Shown: positions 1-9,684 of the stretch, piece by piece | How positions within the stretch are numbered: the stretch's first letter is position 1 | Layout of the letters: the number at the start of each line of letters is the position of its first letter | Source: an uncultured delta proteobacterium | GTDB taxonomy: Bacteria > Desulfobacterota > Binatia > UBA9968 | Length of the DNA: 64,000 nt | Direction of reading: 5' to 3' | Assembly: GCA_963771465.1 (NCBI GenBank) | Contig: CAVYTU010000017.1 | Location: forward strand, 640,001 to 704,000 | Made by a program: the position numbers and the translations under genes | The notes under the pieces: generated by a model | What the model saw: the letters and a program-made list of their open reading frames with translations, nothing else | What the model was told of the DNA's origin: nothing | Database searches by the model: none

Positions 1-419
1 ATTTTTACGCAAAGAAAAAACGCTTCCGCGAAGTGCTCGATGTCGGTTCTAAAGTAAAAATGCCGCTTGGCGGCTTGACGACGATGGTCTCGACGATCCG
101 CAGCCGGCCTGACGAAGCGAAGCGCGTGCTGCGCTCGTTGCAATTGGCCAAACAAGAAGTTCTGCGCTCCAAGGAAAAAGCCACGGCGCTGATCCTGAAA
201 TACTTACAAGTCGACAAAGAAGCCGCGGATGACACCTACGCGGTGTACAAGAAAACCGTCAGCGGTAGCGGCGTGCCGACGCATGAGGGAATGGACTTGA
301 TCATGAAATCGCTGCAAGCCGCCGGCCAGTTCACCGACCGCAAAGTGGCCTTTGACGAGATCGCCGATGACCGGATCGCCAAGGAAGTGGCACGGGAGCT
401 TGGGTACAAGCTGCCGTGA
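1..419 (+). CDS. SsuA/NMT1-like ABC substrate-binding protein, 5'-truncated by window edge
   Basis: Open frame from position 3 to TGA 419; C-terminal pattern (EKATALILKYLQVD...DEIADDRIAKEV) resembles the other SsuA-like SBPs in the window. Confidence 0.75.
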   Translation, partial: FYAKKKRFREVLDVGSKVKMPLGGLTTMVSTIRSRPDEAKRVLRSLQLAKQEVLRSKEKATALILKYLQVDKEAADDTYAVYKKTVSGSGVPTHEGMDLIMKSLQAAGQFTDRKVAFDEIADDRIAKEVARELGYKLP

Positions 420-511
420 ATTACAAATTTCAAACTACAGATTCCAAATTAGGTGCACCGAGTTTCTGCATCGACCGGCGATTTGGAATATGGAATTTGT
501 AATCTGGAATT
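419..511. repeat. Heptamer-period inverted repeat element
   Basis: Left arm aattaca aatttca aactaca gattcca; right arm atttgga atatgga atttgta atctgga; ~30-nt spacer; related copy at 5313-5397. Confidence 0.85.
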
Positions 512-516
512 GAAGA

Positions 517-870
517 ATGAATGAGCAAGCGAATTTTGACTTGGCCAGCGCTAAAAAGGCCGTCGTGGACGCGCTGCGTCAACGCTCGAAGAAAGCGCGC
601 TTTATAACTGAAGTTACAGCATCACTGCGCCGATTCGATATCGGCAAGGATAAGATAGAACAGGCGCTGAGCGACCTTCAAAGCGAAGGCGTCGTGGTTG
701 TTAGAGACAATTTTTGCGCCGATCCGCATTTGGCCAACGTCGACCTCCGGGTGGCTGCGTTAGTGGACGAGTGCGAAGGCGCCAACGCACAGGTGGCGGC
801 GCTAAAGGAGATCGACCTGGCGTGGAATAAGTGGCTCGGTGAATATCTGGCGAACCACCGGTGTGGCTGA
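517..870 (+). CDS. Hypothetical protein, possible winged-helix-like N-terminus, FCADPH and C-terminal HRC motifs
   Basis: 117-aa ATG ORF with protein-like composition filling an intergenic gap. Confidence 0.75.
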   Translation: MNEQANFDLASAKKAVVDALRQRSKKARFITEVTASLRRFDIGKDKIEQALSDLQSEGVVVVRDNFCADPHLANVDLRVAALVDECEGANAQVAALKEIDLAWNKWLGEYLANHRCG

Positions 871-889
871 GCGCGGCGTAGTTACCGGG

Positions 890-930
890 CGTTCAAATAG
901 TTCAAAACGTTCAAGTCGTTCAAATCGTTT
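890..930 (+). repeat. Degenerate 9-bp tandem repeat (cGTTCAAnn)x4
   Basis: cgttcaaat agttcaaaa cgttcaagt cgttcaaat cgttt. Confidence 0.8.
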
Positions 931-1001
931 CCGGAGGTAATCTTTTATCCTACAGTTTGCTCCCTTGAAATGGGGTGTGGTGAGTACGGGAGGAAGATAG
1001 G

Positions 1002-3056
1002 TTGAGAGTCGCAGTTGATATCGGCGGGACGTTTACGGACGTGGTCGTCTTCGATGAAGCCGAGCGTGACTTGTCGTTGGCTAAGACTTTGTCGACGCCG
1101 GCGGAGCTGGCGCGCGGCGTGCTCGACGGCTTGACTAAAGCAGCGGTGCGCTTTGAACAGATGACGACGTTGATTCACGGCTCGACCATTGTGGTTAACG
1201 CGATCATTGAGCGCAAGGGGGCGAAGACTGCGCTGGTGACGACCAAAGGCTTTCGCGACGTGTATGAGATCGGCCGGATCAATCGGCCGGAGTCGTTCAA
1301 TCCGCGCTTTCGCAAACACCGGCCGCTGGTGCCGCGGGAAGATATTTTCGAAGTCAGCGAGCGCATGCTCGCCGACGGCTCGGTGCGCACGCCGTTCGAC
1401 GACCAAGAGGCGCGCGAGGTGGCGCGCTTTATCAAAGACGAAGGCTTCGAAGCGGTGGCGGTGTTGTTTCTGCACTCCTACCGCGCGCCGGAACATGAGA
1501 TCCGCATGCGCGAGATCCTGCGCGATACCGAGCCGAAGTTGTTCGTCAGCGTGTCGCACGAACTGTCCCGCGAGTATCGCGAGTACGAGCGAACCTCCAC
1601 CGTTGCCGCCAACGCCTACGTCGGACCGATCGTCAGCCAATATCTCGGTGATCTTGAGCGCCGCTTACAGGACAAGAAATTCGCTGGCAGCTTGATGATC
1701 ATGCAGTCCAACGGCGGCCTCTCGGATGTTGAGATGGCTCGTCGTCAGTGCATTCAAATGATGGAGTCGGGGCCGGCGGGCGGTGTGGTCGGCACCATGG
1801 CGCTATGCGAGCTGCTCGATCTCGAAGCGGCGATCGCGTTTGACATGGGCGGCACGACGGCGAAAGCCTGCGTCATTCGGCGTGGCGAGCCGAGTTTGTC
1901 GCCGGATTATTTCATCGGCGGCTACAACGAAGGCTTGGCGATCCGCATCCCCGTGCTCGACATTGTCGAAGTCGGCACCGGCGGCGGCAGCATCGCTTAT
2001 TTGGATGAAGGCGGGGGGCTGCACGTCGGTCCCAAGAGCGCTGGCGCCGAGCCTGGGCCGGCGAGTTACGGCCGCGGCGGCACTGAGCCGACGGTCACCG
2101 ATGCCAACGTGATTCTCGGCCGGCTTTCACCGGAAAATTTTCTTGGCGGTGAGATGACACTGGATCGCCCTGCGGCTGAGAGCGCGTTGCGCGACCGACT
2201 CGCAAAGCCGCTGAACCTGTCATTGGAGCGCGCGGCGGCAGGGATGCTTCAAGTGGCAACTTCGGCGATGGCCAATGCGGTGCGTCATGTAACCTTGGAG
2301 CGCGGTCTTGATCCGCGCGATTTTACCCTGGTTGCTTACGGCGGCGGCGGACCGCTGCATGCCGCTTCCGTCGCTAAGGAATTGTCGATTGGTAAAATAA
2401 TCATTCCCAATGCGCCGGGCCATTTTTCTGCCCTCGGCATGTTGATGGCGGATTTGCGCCGCGACTACGTGCAGACGCTGTTCGAGCGCTTGGACGATCT
2501 GGAAATGAATGAGCTTGAAGCGCAATTCAGAAAACTCGAAGCCGAAGGAAGAAACGCATTGGCCGATTCCGGCATTCCCACCGACCGCATTGTCTTCGAG
2601 CGCGCGGCTGACATGCGTTATGTCGGACAAGAACACGCCGTCGCCGTGCGCATGCCCGCTAATGTCGACAGCGAAGAGGCGCGCGCGGAAGTGAAGCGAC
2701 GCTTCGACGACGCGCACGATCTGCGTTACAGCCACAGCGCGCCGGAAGAGTCCGCCGATATCGTAAGCCTGCGTGTCTCGGCGATCGGCCGGTTGAACAA
2801 ACCGGAGTTCCCGCAGATTGCAAAGGGTGATGCGGCGCCGCCAGCAGGCGGGCGCCGCGGCGAGCGTTCGGTGGATTTCGACGGTGCGGGCGCCTTGGCG
2901 GCAATGGTTTACGATCGGACCAAGCTGCGAGCAGGCAACGTCATCCACGGACCGGCGATTATCGAAGAGGTCGCGTCGACGACGGTAGTGGAGTCGGGGA
3001 ATTGGGTGACGGTGAATGAGTATGGGCATCTGGTGATGGAATTAGCAGGAACATAG
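1002..3056 (+). CDS. Hydantoinase/oxoprolinase A subunit (HyuA family)
   Basis: DIGGTFTD, SGPAGG, DMGGTT, VGTGGGSIA, GGGGPLH motifs; 684 aa; AGGAAG upstream of TTG. Confidence 0.93.
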   Translation: MRVAVDIGGTFTDVVVFDEAERDLSLAKTLSTPAELARGVLDGLTKAAVRFEQMTTLIHGSTIVVNAIIERKGAKTALVTTKGFRDVYEIGRINRPESFNPRFRKHRPLVPREDIFEVSERMLADGSVRTPFDDQEAREVARFIKDEGFEAVAVLFLHSYRAPEHEIRMREILRDTEPKLFVSVSHELSREYREYERTSTVAANAYVGPIVSQYLGDLERRLQDKKFAGSLMIMQSNGGLSDVEMARRQCIQMMESGPAGGVVGTMALCELLDLEAAIAFDMGGTTAKACVIRRGEPSLSPDYFIGGYNEGLAIRIPVLDIVEVGTGGGSIAYLDEGGGLHVGPKSAGAEPGPASYGRGGTEPTVTDANVILGRLSPENFLGGEMTLDRPAAESALRDRLAKPLNLSLERAAAGMLQVATSAMANAVRHVTLERGLDPRDFTLVAYGGGGPLHAASVAKELSIGKIIIPNAPGHFSALGMLMADLRRDYVQTLFERLDDLEMNELEAQFRKLEAEGRNALADSGIPTDRIVFERAADMRYVGQEHAVAVRMPANVDSEEARAEVKRRFDDAHDLRYSHSAPEESADIVSLRVSAIGRLNKPEFPQIAKGDAAPPAGGRRGERSVDFDGAGALAAMVYDRTKLRAGNVIHGPAIIEEVASTTVVESGNWVTVNEYGHLVMELAGT

Positions 3057-3078
3057 TAGATGCGCTGAATCCGAATCC

Positions 3079-3104
3079 GTCATTCCCGTGAAAACGGGAA
3101 TCTA
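3079..3104 (+). repeat. REP-like palindrome GTCATTCCC-N8-GGGAATC
   Basis: gtcattcccgtgaaaacgggaatcta; inverted copies at 3373-3397 and 3488-3513. Confidence 0.85.
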
Positions 3105-3112
3105 AATTGTTC

Positions 3113-3357
3113 ATGGAAAGGCAACCAGCCGTATACATTATGGAGTGAAACGTGCTTGGGAACATAAGAACGATTCGGTGGATGGCTTCACCAAGCGATA
3201 TAGTGTTCATCACCTAGTTTATTACGAGTTGCACGACGACATGCTATCAGCGGTCACACGAGAGAAGCAGCTGAAGAAATGGAACCGGGCGTGGAAGCTG
3301 GAATTGATCGAGACGCAGAATCCAGGCTGGAACGATTTGTGGAAAGATATGATGTGA
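3113..3357 (+). pseudogene. Small GIY-YIG nuclease with internal deletion/frameshift
   Basis: MERQPAVYIME* (3113-3148) then another frame VKRAWEHKN...GFTKRYSVHHLVYYE...AVTREKQLKKWNRAWKLELIE...NPGWNDLW; the segment normally carrying the YIG motif is absent. Confidence 0.85.
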
Positions 3358-3372
3358 GCGTGGGTGAATGCC

Positions 3373-3513
3373 TGGATTCCCGCTCCGCGGGAATGACGGA
3401 ACCGGAGAGCGTAGGGTTCCTGATGAGATTCATTCTGTGTCCGTTACCCCCGAATGTAGTTATCGGGGGTCCAGGTTCGGATTCGCCTGGATTCCCGTTG
3501 TCACGGGAATGAG
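3373..3513. repeat. Cluster of three REP-like palindromes
   Basis: tggattcccgctccgcgggaatgac (3373-3397), gttacccccgaatgtagttatcgggggtcca (3443-3473), tggattcccgttgtcacgggaatgag (3488-3513). Confidence 0.85.
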
Positions 3514-3552
3514 GGATTGCGCAGAATCAGCAGCTTAGGTGACTTGAGAAAT

Positions 3553-5349
3553 ATGGAATCTGGAATTTTGAATACCTCGCGTAGCGAGGTCGATGCATTC
3601 ACCGCCGAAGTGATTCGCAGCGCTCTGGTCGCGATCACTGGCGAGATGAAGACTAATCTGATGCGCACGGCGTATCATACGATTATTTATGAGGCCGAGG
3701 ACTTCACCGTCGGCTTGTTCGATGCCGACGGCAATACCATCTCCATCGGTCTTGGCTTGCCGATGTTCATTCGCGGTCTGTCCGATGCGATCAAGGCGAA
3801 GATCGCGCACTGGGGTAAGGAAAACATTCTTCCCGGCGATATTTTGCTCACCAACGACAGCTACATCATGGGCAGCCATTTGAACCATATGATTTATACG
3901 CTGCCGATCTTCAACGACGGCGAGTTGGTGGCGTTCTCGTCGTCGATGGCGCACTGGCAAGATATCGGCGGACAGTTGGGCGGCGTGACGCGGGATATTT
4001 TTTCCGAAGGCTTGCAGATGCCGTTCGTCAAACACTTTCGCGCAGGTGTGGAGAATCCTGAGATCACCGCGATCATCAAGGCCAACGTGCGCGTCCCCGA
4101 AACGGCGATGGGCGACATGCGCGCGCAGCTGGCGTCGATCCGCACCGGCGAGCGGCGCGTGATGCATTTGCTCAAGCGCTATGGCAACCAAGCATTCAAT
4201 GACAGCATTCAACTGATTTACGAGCAGAGCGAAAAACTCGCGCGTGCTGCGGTGCGGCAGATTCCCGACGGGGTTTACCAAGCCGAGTCGTTCATGGACG
4301 ATGACGGCGTCAACCTCGGCAAACCTATTCCGATCAAGGTTCGCGTCGAAGTCAAAGACGATCAGATGACCATCGATCTGAGCAACGTCAGCCCGCAGGT
4401 AGCGGGATTTTACAATTCCGGCGTGACCGCGGGTTTGTCAGCGGCTGAAGTCGTTTTCAAATGCATCACGACGCCGCTGCTCTTGCCGATCAACGACGGC
4501 TCGTTTCGGCCGTTGAAAATCATCCTTCCGCTCGGCCGAGTCATCAGCGCGGTCAAGCCCGCGCCGGTGCGGGTGTGGATGACCGTACCGATGACCGTGT
4601 GCGACACGCTTTTCCGCGCGCTTGCTCCCGCTTGTCCGGAGCGTACCATCGCCGGCCACTACGCCGATCTGTGTACGGTCAATCCGCACGGCTTCGACCC
4701 GGAAACGGGACGGTTTTTCTGGTCGCACATCGGACATCCCGGCGGCGGCTGGGGCGCGAAACATGATGAAGATGGCATGAGCGCGACGGTGTGCTTGAAC
4801 GACGGCGATACCCACAATGCGCCGGTGGAAGCCACCGAAGCGAAGAATCCGATCATCGTCGAGCACCGCGCGCTGCGCCAAGACTCCGGCGGCGCGGGCA
4901 AGTTTCGCGGCGGCCTTGGGGTGTCCAATGAAATCCGCATGCGCCGGCCAGCGACGATCCACGCCCACGTTGAGAGAACGATCTGCGCGCCCTGGGGTTT
5001 GCACGGCGGCAACGACGCGCTCGCCAATCGCATATTTATCCGGCGCGACGACGGCGTCGTCGAGAATTTCCCCACCGGGAAAATCAAGCCGACTGAGATC
5101 GACAAAGGCGACGGTTTCACGGTGGAGACCGCCGGCGGCGGCGGGTTCTGGAGCGCATTGGAGCGCCCGGCGAAAAAAGTGCTCGCTGACGTGCGCTCGG
5201 GTTACGTGTCGGTCGAAGCGGCGCGGCGCGACTACGGCGTGGCGATAACGCAGAGCGGGCGCAAGTTCGAGTTGGATATTGAGGCTACTGTGGTCATGCG
5301 GCGCGCGCGAGCAATTGCAAATTCCAAATTACAGATTCCAGATTGTTAG
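3553..5349 (+). CDS. Hydantoinase B/oxoprolinase family protein (paralog 1)
   Basis: EMKTNLMRTAY...IIYEAEDF, PGDILLTND, DSGGAGKFRGG, GGGGFW motifs; start taken at ATG 3553. Confidence 0.92.
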   Translation: MESGILNTSRSEVDAFTAEVIRSALVAITGEMKTNLMRTAYHTIIYEAEDFTVGLFDADGNTISIGLGLPMFIRGLSDAIKAKIAHWGKENILPGDILLTNDSYIMGSHLNHMIYTLPIFNDGELVAFSSSMAHWQDIGGQLGGVTRDIFSEGLQMPFVKHFRAGVENPEITAIIKANVRVPETAMGDMRAQLASIRTGERRVMHLLKRYGNQAFNDSIQLIYEQSEKLARAAVRQIPDGVYQAESFMDDDGVNLGKPIPIKVRVEVKDDQMTIDLSNVSPQVAGFYNSGVTAGLSAAEVVFKCITTPLLLPINDGSFRPLKIILPLGRVISAVKPAPVRVWMTVPMTVCDTLFRALAPACPERTIAGHYADLCTVNPHGFDPETGRFFWSHIGHPGGGWGAKHDEDGMSATVCLNDGDTHNAPVEATEAKNPIIVEHRALRQDSGGAGKFRGGLGVSNEIRMRRPATIHAHVERTICAPWGLHGGNDALANRIFIRRDDGVVENFPTGKIKPTEIDKGDGFTVETAGGGGFWSALERPAKKVLADVRSGYVSVEAARRDYGVAITQSGRKFELDIEATVVMRRARAIANSKLQIPDC

Positions 5350-5397
5350 AGGGAATTACCGAGGTTTTTTGCAAATTGGAATATGGAATCTGGAATG
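5313..5397. repeat. Heptamer-period inverted repeat element overlapping stop of hyuB1 and start of hyuB2
   Basis: aattgca aattcca aattaca gattcca ... aattgga atatgga atctgga; spacer accgaggttttttgca resembles spacer accgagtttctgca of the 419-511 copy. Confidence 0.85.
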
Positions 5398-7161
5398 TTA
5401 GACGCCAACTGCAGCGAGGTCGATCCTTTCACGGCTGAAGTAATCCGCAGCTCGGTGGTCGCCATCACCGATGAGATGAAAACCAATCTCATGCGCACGG
5501 CGTACAACATGATCATTTATGAAGCCGAAGATTTTACCGTCGGGCTGTTCGATGCCGGCGGCAATACGATTTCCATCGGCCTCGGTCTGCCGATGTTTAT
5601 TCGCGGCTTGTCGGATGCGATCAAAGCGAAGCTCAAGCATTGGGGCAAGGAAAATATTCATCCCGGCGATATTCTCCTCACCAACGATCCGCAGGTGATG
5701 GGAAGTCATCTCAATCACATGATTTTTTCGCTGCCGATCTTTTATGACGGCGAGCTGATCGCCTTTTCGTCATCCATGGGACACTGGCAGGACGTCGGTG
5801 GCGTGCTCGGCGCGGTGACGCGGGATATTTTTTCCGAGGGCTTGCAGATGCCGTTCGTGAAGATTTTCAAAGACGGCAAGCAAGATGCTGAACTCACCGC
5901 GATCATCCGCACGAACTGCCGGCTACCGGAGTTCGCCATGGGCGACTTTCGCGCGCAGATCGCGGCGATCCGCACCGGCGAGCGGCGCGTGACACGGCTG
6001 CTGGACCGTTACGGCGTCGAGACCTTCAAGCAAAGCCTCGAGTTGATCTTTGACCAGAGTGAAAAACTGGCGCGCGCGGCGGTGCAAAAAATTCCCGACG
6101 GCGTCTACGAAGCCGAGTCGTTTATGGACGACGACGGCGTCAATATCGGCAAACCTATTCCGATCAAAGTGCGCGTCGAAGTTTGCGGCGACGGGATGAC
6201 CATTGACTTGAGCGGCGTGAGCCCGCAGGTTGCGGGACCGTATAATTCCGGCTCGACCGCCGGGCGCTCTGCTACCGAGGTGGCTTTCAAGTTTCTTACC
6301 ACGCCGTTGCTGCTACCGATCAACGAAGGCTCGTTTCGCCCGCTTAAAATAATTCTGCCTCCAGGCCGCATTGTCAGCGCAACCAAGCCGGCGCCGGTGC
6401 GTACCTGGATGACCGTGCCTATGACGGTATCGGACACGATCTTCAAAGCGCTGGCGCCTGCGTGTCCCGACAATGTGCTCGCCGGCCATCATGCCGATCT
6501 GGCGGCGCCGCGCACCTTCGGCCTCGATCCCAAAAACGGCCGCTCGTTTCATTTTCCGCCGATGCTGTCCGGCGGCGGTTGGGGTGCGCTGCACGACCGC
6601 GACGGCCAGAACGCTACTTTTTGCATCAACGACGGTGATACGCATAACACGCCGGTGGAGGCGGGCGAGGGACGCGCCCCGATTTTTGTGTCCTATCGCA
6701 AACTGCGCCAAGACTCCGGCGGCGCCGGCAAATTTCGCGGCGGGCTTGGCGTGTCGCAGGAAGTTCGCTTGCTATCGGCGGGCAGCGTGCTATCGGCGAT
6801 GGAGCGTGCGCGCTGTGCGCCGTGGGGTTTGCACGGCGGCAAAGCCGCATTGTCGAATCGTTTCTCCGTTGTCCGCAAAGACGGCGCGGTCGAGCGCATG
6901 AGCACCGGCAAGACGCCGGGAATCGTCGCGTTGAATGAAGGCGATGGATTTCTTATCGAAGTCGGCGGCGGCGGTGGATTCTGGAACGCCTTTGAGCGCG
7001 ACCCTGCGCGCGTGCTGGCCGACGTGCGCTCGGGTTACGTTTCGCTGCAGGCAGCGCGAAGTGACTACGGTGTGGCGATCCGCCACGTCGGAAGAAGGTT
7101 CGAGTTGGATGTCGATGCCACCGCGGAGCTACGGCGCGGCGGGAAAGAGAAACAAATTTAG
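5383..7161 (+). CDS. Hydantoinase B/oxoprolinase family protein (paralog 2)
   Basis: Same motifs as 3553-5349 with long identical peptide stretches. Confidence 0.92.
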   Translation: MESGMLDANCSEVDPFTAEVIRSSVVAITDEMKTNLMRTAYNMIIYEAEDFTVGLFDAGGNTISIGLGLPMFIRGLSDAIKAKLKHWGKENIHPGDILLTNDPQVMGSHLNHMIFSLPIFYDGELIAFSSSMGHWQDVGGVLGAVTRDIFSEGLQMPFVKIFKDGKQDAELTAIIRTNCRLPEFAMGDFRAQIAAIRTGERRVTRLLDRYGVETFKQSLELIFDQSEKLARAAVQKIPDGVYEAESFMDDDGVNIGKPIPIKVRVEVCGDGMTIDLSGVSPQVAGPYNSGSTAGRSATEVAFKFLTTPLLLPINEGSFRPLKIILPPGRIVSATKPAPVRTWMTVPMTVSDTIFKALAPACPDNVLAGHHADLAAPRTFGLDPKNGRSFHFPPMLSGGGWGALHDRDGQNATFCINDGDTHNTPVEAGEGRAPIFVSYRKLRQDSGGAGKFRGGLGVSQEVRLLSAGSVLSAMERARCAPWGLHGGKAALSNRFSVVRKDGAVERMSTGKTPGIVALNEGDGFLIEVGGGGGFWNAFERDPARVLADVRSGYVSLQAARSDYGVAIRHVGRRFELDVDATAELRRGGKEKQI

Positions 7162-7225
7162 CCGCACAATACGCAGAGGGCGCAAGGAATGTTTCGTTTG
7201 CGGCTTTGGAATTGAAGGGAAAGCG

Positions 7226-8066
7226 ATGCAGCAGCTTACTGAAAACGTACTTGTCGAAACTCAACAGAAGGGTGCGAATCACGGGTTGGTGACGACTTCG
7301 GACGGGCTGGTGCTAATCGACACGCCACACAAGCCGAGTGACGCTGATGCGCTTGCGTGCGGAGATCGAGCGGCGCGGCAGGCTGCGCTACATCATCAAC
7401 ACCGAGCCGCATAGCGATCACTGGACCGGCAATGCGTTCTTTAACGTGCCCGTCATCGCCCATCGAGGCGTGCGTTCGCGCATACTCGAAACCGATGCCG
7501 CAACTCACCTGGCGCGGGTCGCTTCTTTTGGGCCCGAAGAGCCGAAGCTTTTGGAAAATTACTGTGCGAATGCGCCGGTGATAACCTTCGAAAGCGAAAT
7601 GAAGTTGCACGTCGGCAATCACACCTTTCGCATGATCCACATGCCCGGTCACACGCCGTATCAGGCGGCGATAATCGTTGAAGAGGAAGGTGTGACGTTC
7701 ACCAGCGACAATATTTTCTGCAAGGTGCACACCTGGATCCAGGAAGGCCAGCCGGACGATTGGTTGCGGTCGCTCGAATCGTTGCGTGCGCTCAGCGAAG
7801 ACACCTTCGTGCCCGGCCACGGGCCGGTGTGCGATAAAAATTATTTAAATGAGCAAGGCGCATTCATTCAAGAATGGGTCGACTACGTGCACGGCGCGGT
7901 TGGGCGCGGCATGAGTAAAGAAGAGTGTGTCGTCAACCTGACCGCACTGACCGACCGATATCCGATGGACGTGGAGCAAGAAGGCATGGCGCCGCGGGTG
8001 ATGCAGCTGAACGTGGCGAATCTGTACGACTACGTCGCCGGTGTGGGAATCCATGCTCGTGGGTGA
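7226..8066 (+). CDS. MBL-fold metallo-hydrolase, split by a +1 frameshift near 7345
   Basis: MQQLTENV...GLVLIDTP in one frame; INTEPHSDHWTGN, PGHT, TSDN, PGHG in the next. Confidence 0.8.
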
Positions 8067-8215
8067 CGTCGAAGAACAGACGCATGCGTGATACTGCGAA
8101 TTTTATTCGCACAATCGGTATCTCTGCTCTTTTGGTTACTTCAATCAAGGTGTCTCCTTAGGCATGTAGGGTGATGCTGCATACGGCAAATGCCCATCGC
8201 GAATCGGCGAGTTAC

Positions 8216-8275
8216 CAGCAATCCGGCATGGCGACACTGCGGAGTGTTGTGGTGCGAGCGGACAAAATCAGGTAA
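8216..8275 (+). pseudogene. Degenerate relic of an ABC_sub_bind protein C-terminus
   Basis: QQSGMATLRSVVVRADKIR* compared with KQIGVTIPPNVLARAKKVIR* of a neighbour. Confidence 0.5.
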
Positions 8276-8365
8276 TTTTCAAGGTTCGATAGGTCGGCAG
8301 AGTTTATTCTGGGGCGAGTCGAAAGATTCATTACAGATGTTTGGTATTGGATTGAGGAACAAAGC

Positions 8366-9415
8366 ATGAGGGGACGGGCTTCAATGCGATGGCTGAGTTC
8401 ATATTCAAGCCATCTAAAATCGAAAATTCGCAATTTGCATTTGGTTGCGATTGGCGCCCTCGCCGTTGCAGGCGTGACGGGTGGGACCGTGGCTGAGGCG
8501 CAACAGAAGCAAAAAGTGTGGAAAGTCGGATATCTCACAAGCAATTCAGCCGCTGCTGAAAAGACTCGGGTCACATCATTTGTGCAAGGTCTTCGCACGT
8601 TTGGTTACTTCGAAGGTCAGAATCTCGCGATTGATTTCCGGTTCGCCGACGGGCGTTTTGATCGCCTCGCCGAGTTGGTCGCGGATTTGCTCAAATCAAA
8701 CGTCGATGTGTTGGTTGCAAACACAACCAACGCCGCGATCGTGGCGAAAAACGCAACCAAGACGATCCCGATATTGTTTATCGGTGTAACGGATCCCATC
8801 AACGCTGGACTCGTCGATAGCTTGGCGCGGCCCGGCGGCAATATTACCGGACTGACGAATATCGCGTCGGTGTTGTCGGGCAAACGGCTCGAGCTACTTA
8901 AGGAGACCGTGCCGAGACTTTCCCGGGTTGCGGTATTGTGGGATCCGAGGAATCCCGGTTCGACGCCTCAATGGAATGAAAGCCAACTCGCCGCACGAGA
9001 ACTAGGATTGCAAGTTTATTCAATGGCAGTCAGCGATGCTGACAAATATGACAGCGCGTTTAATGACGCGGTTAAGGCGCGCAACGGCGCTGTGGCTGTG
9101 ACGCTGAACCCATTGGCCAATTCGAATCAAAAACGCGTGGTGGAGCTAGCGACAAAACATCGTTTGCCAGCAATCTACGCGCGGAGTGATTATGTTGAAA
9201 GTGGCGGTCTCATGTCTTACGGTCCGAGTTTCGCGCTAGACGGCCGCGACGCTGCGCGCCTGGTCGATAAACTATTAAGAGGAACGAAGCCCGCGGACAT
9301 CCCGGTGGAGCAGCCGACGACGTTTGAGTTGGTGCTCAATCTCAGTACCGCCAAAAGACTTGGCCTGACGGTTCCACCCATCGTGCTCATGCGGGTGGGG
9401 CGGGTGGTAAAGTGA
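8366..9415 (+). CDS. ABC transporter substrate-binding protein (ABC_sub_bind/PF04392-like)
   Basis: SLARPGGNITG, KRLELLKE, GGLMSYG, PADIPVEQPTTFELVLNL motifs; signal-peptide-like N-terminus. Confidence 0.92.
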   Translation: MRGRASMRWLSSYSSHLKSKIRNLHLVAIGALAVAGVTGGTVAEAQQKQKVWKVGYLTSNSAAAEKTRVTSFVQGLRTFGYFEGQNLAIDFRFADGRFDRLAELVADLLKSNVDVLVANTTNAAIVAKNATKTIPILFIGVTDPINAGLVDSLARPGGNITGLTNIASVLSGKRLELLKETVPRLSRVAVLWDPRNPGSTPQWNESQLAARELGLQVYSMAVSDADKYDSAFNDAVKARNGAVAVTLNPLANSNQKRVVELATKHRLPAIYARSDYVESGGLMSYGPSFALDGRDAARLVDKLLRGTKPADIPVEQPTTFELVLNLSTAKRLGLTVPPIVLMRVGRVVK

Positions 9416-9479
9416 ATGGATCATGAAATGTAGATTGCCGATGGGGAGGTAAATCGCATGCACAAACGAAGTCGCGAAT

Positions 9480-9644
9480 TACCAGCGCGCCGCTTACGAC
9501 TTGGATAGGATTCTAAAGGGAACCAACCCCGTCGATCTACCGGTGGAACAGCCGATGAAGTTCGATCTTGTGATCAATCTGAAGACGGCAAAGCAATACG
9601 ACCGTCCCCCATAGACGCTAATGAAGACGGATCGGGTGATTTAG
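9480..9644 (+). pseudogene. 3' relic of an ABC_sub_bind gene
   Basis: [50 protein letters not shown]; no 5' part, internal stop. Confidence 0.85.
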
Positions 9645-9684
9645 AGGCTGAAAAAGCACCCGTTGAGAAGAGTTAGGAGCTAAC

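Noticed and set aside
862-900. C-G-TGA end of the 517-870 ORF as Sec readthrough
   Set aside because: Readthrough runs into repeat DNA; no evident redox motif or SECIS
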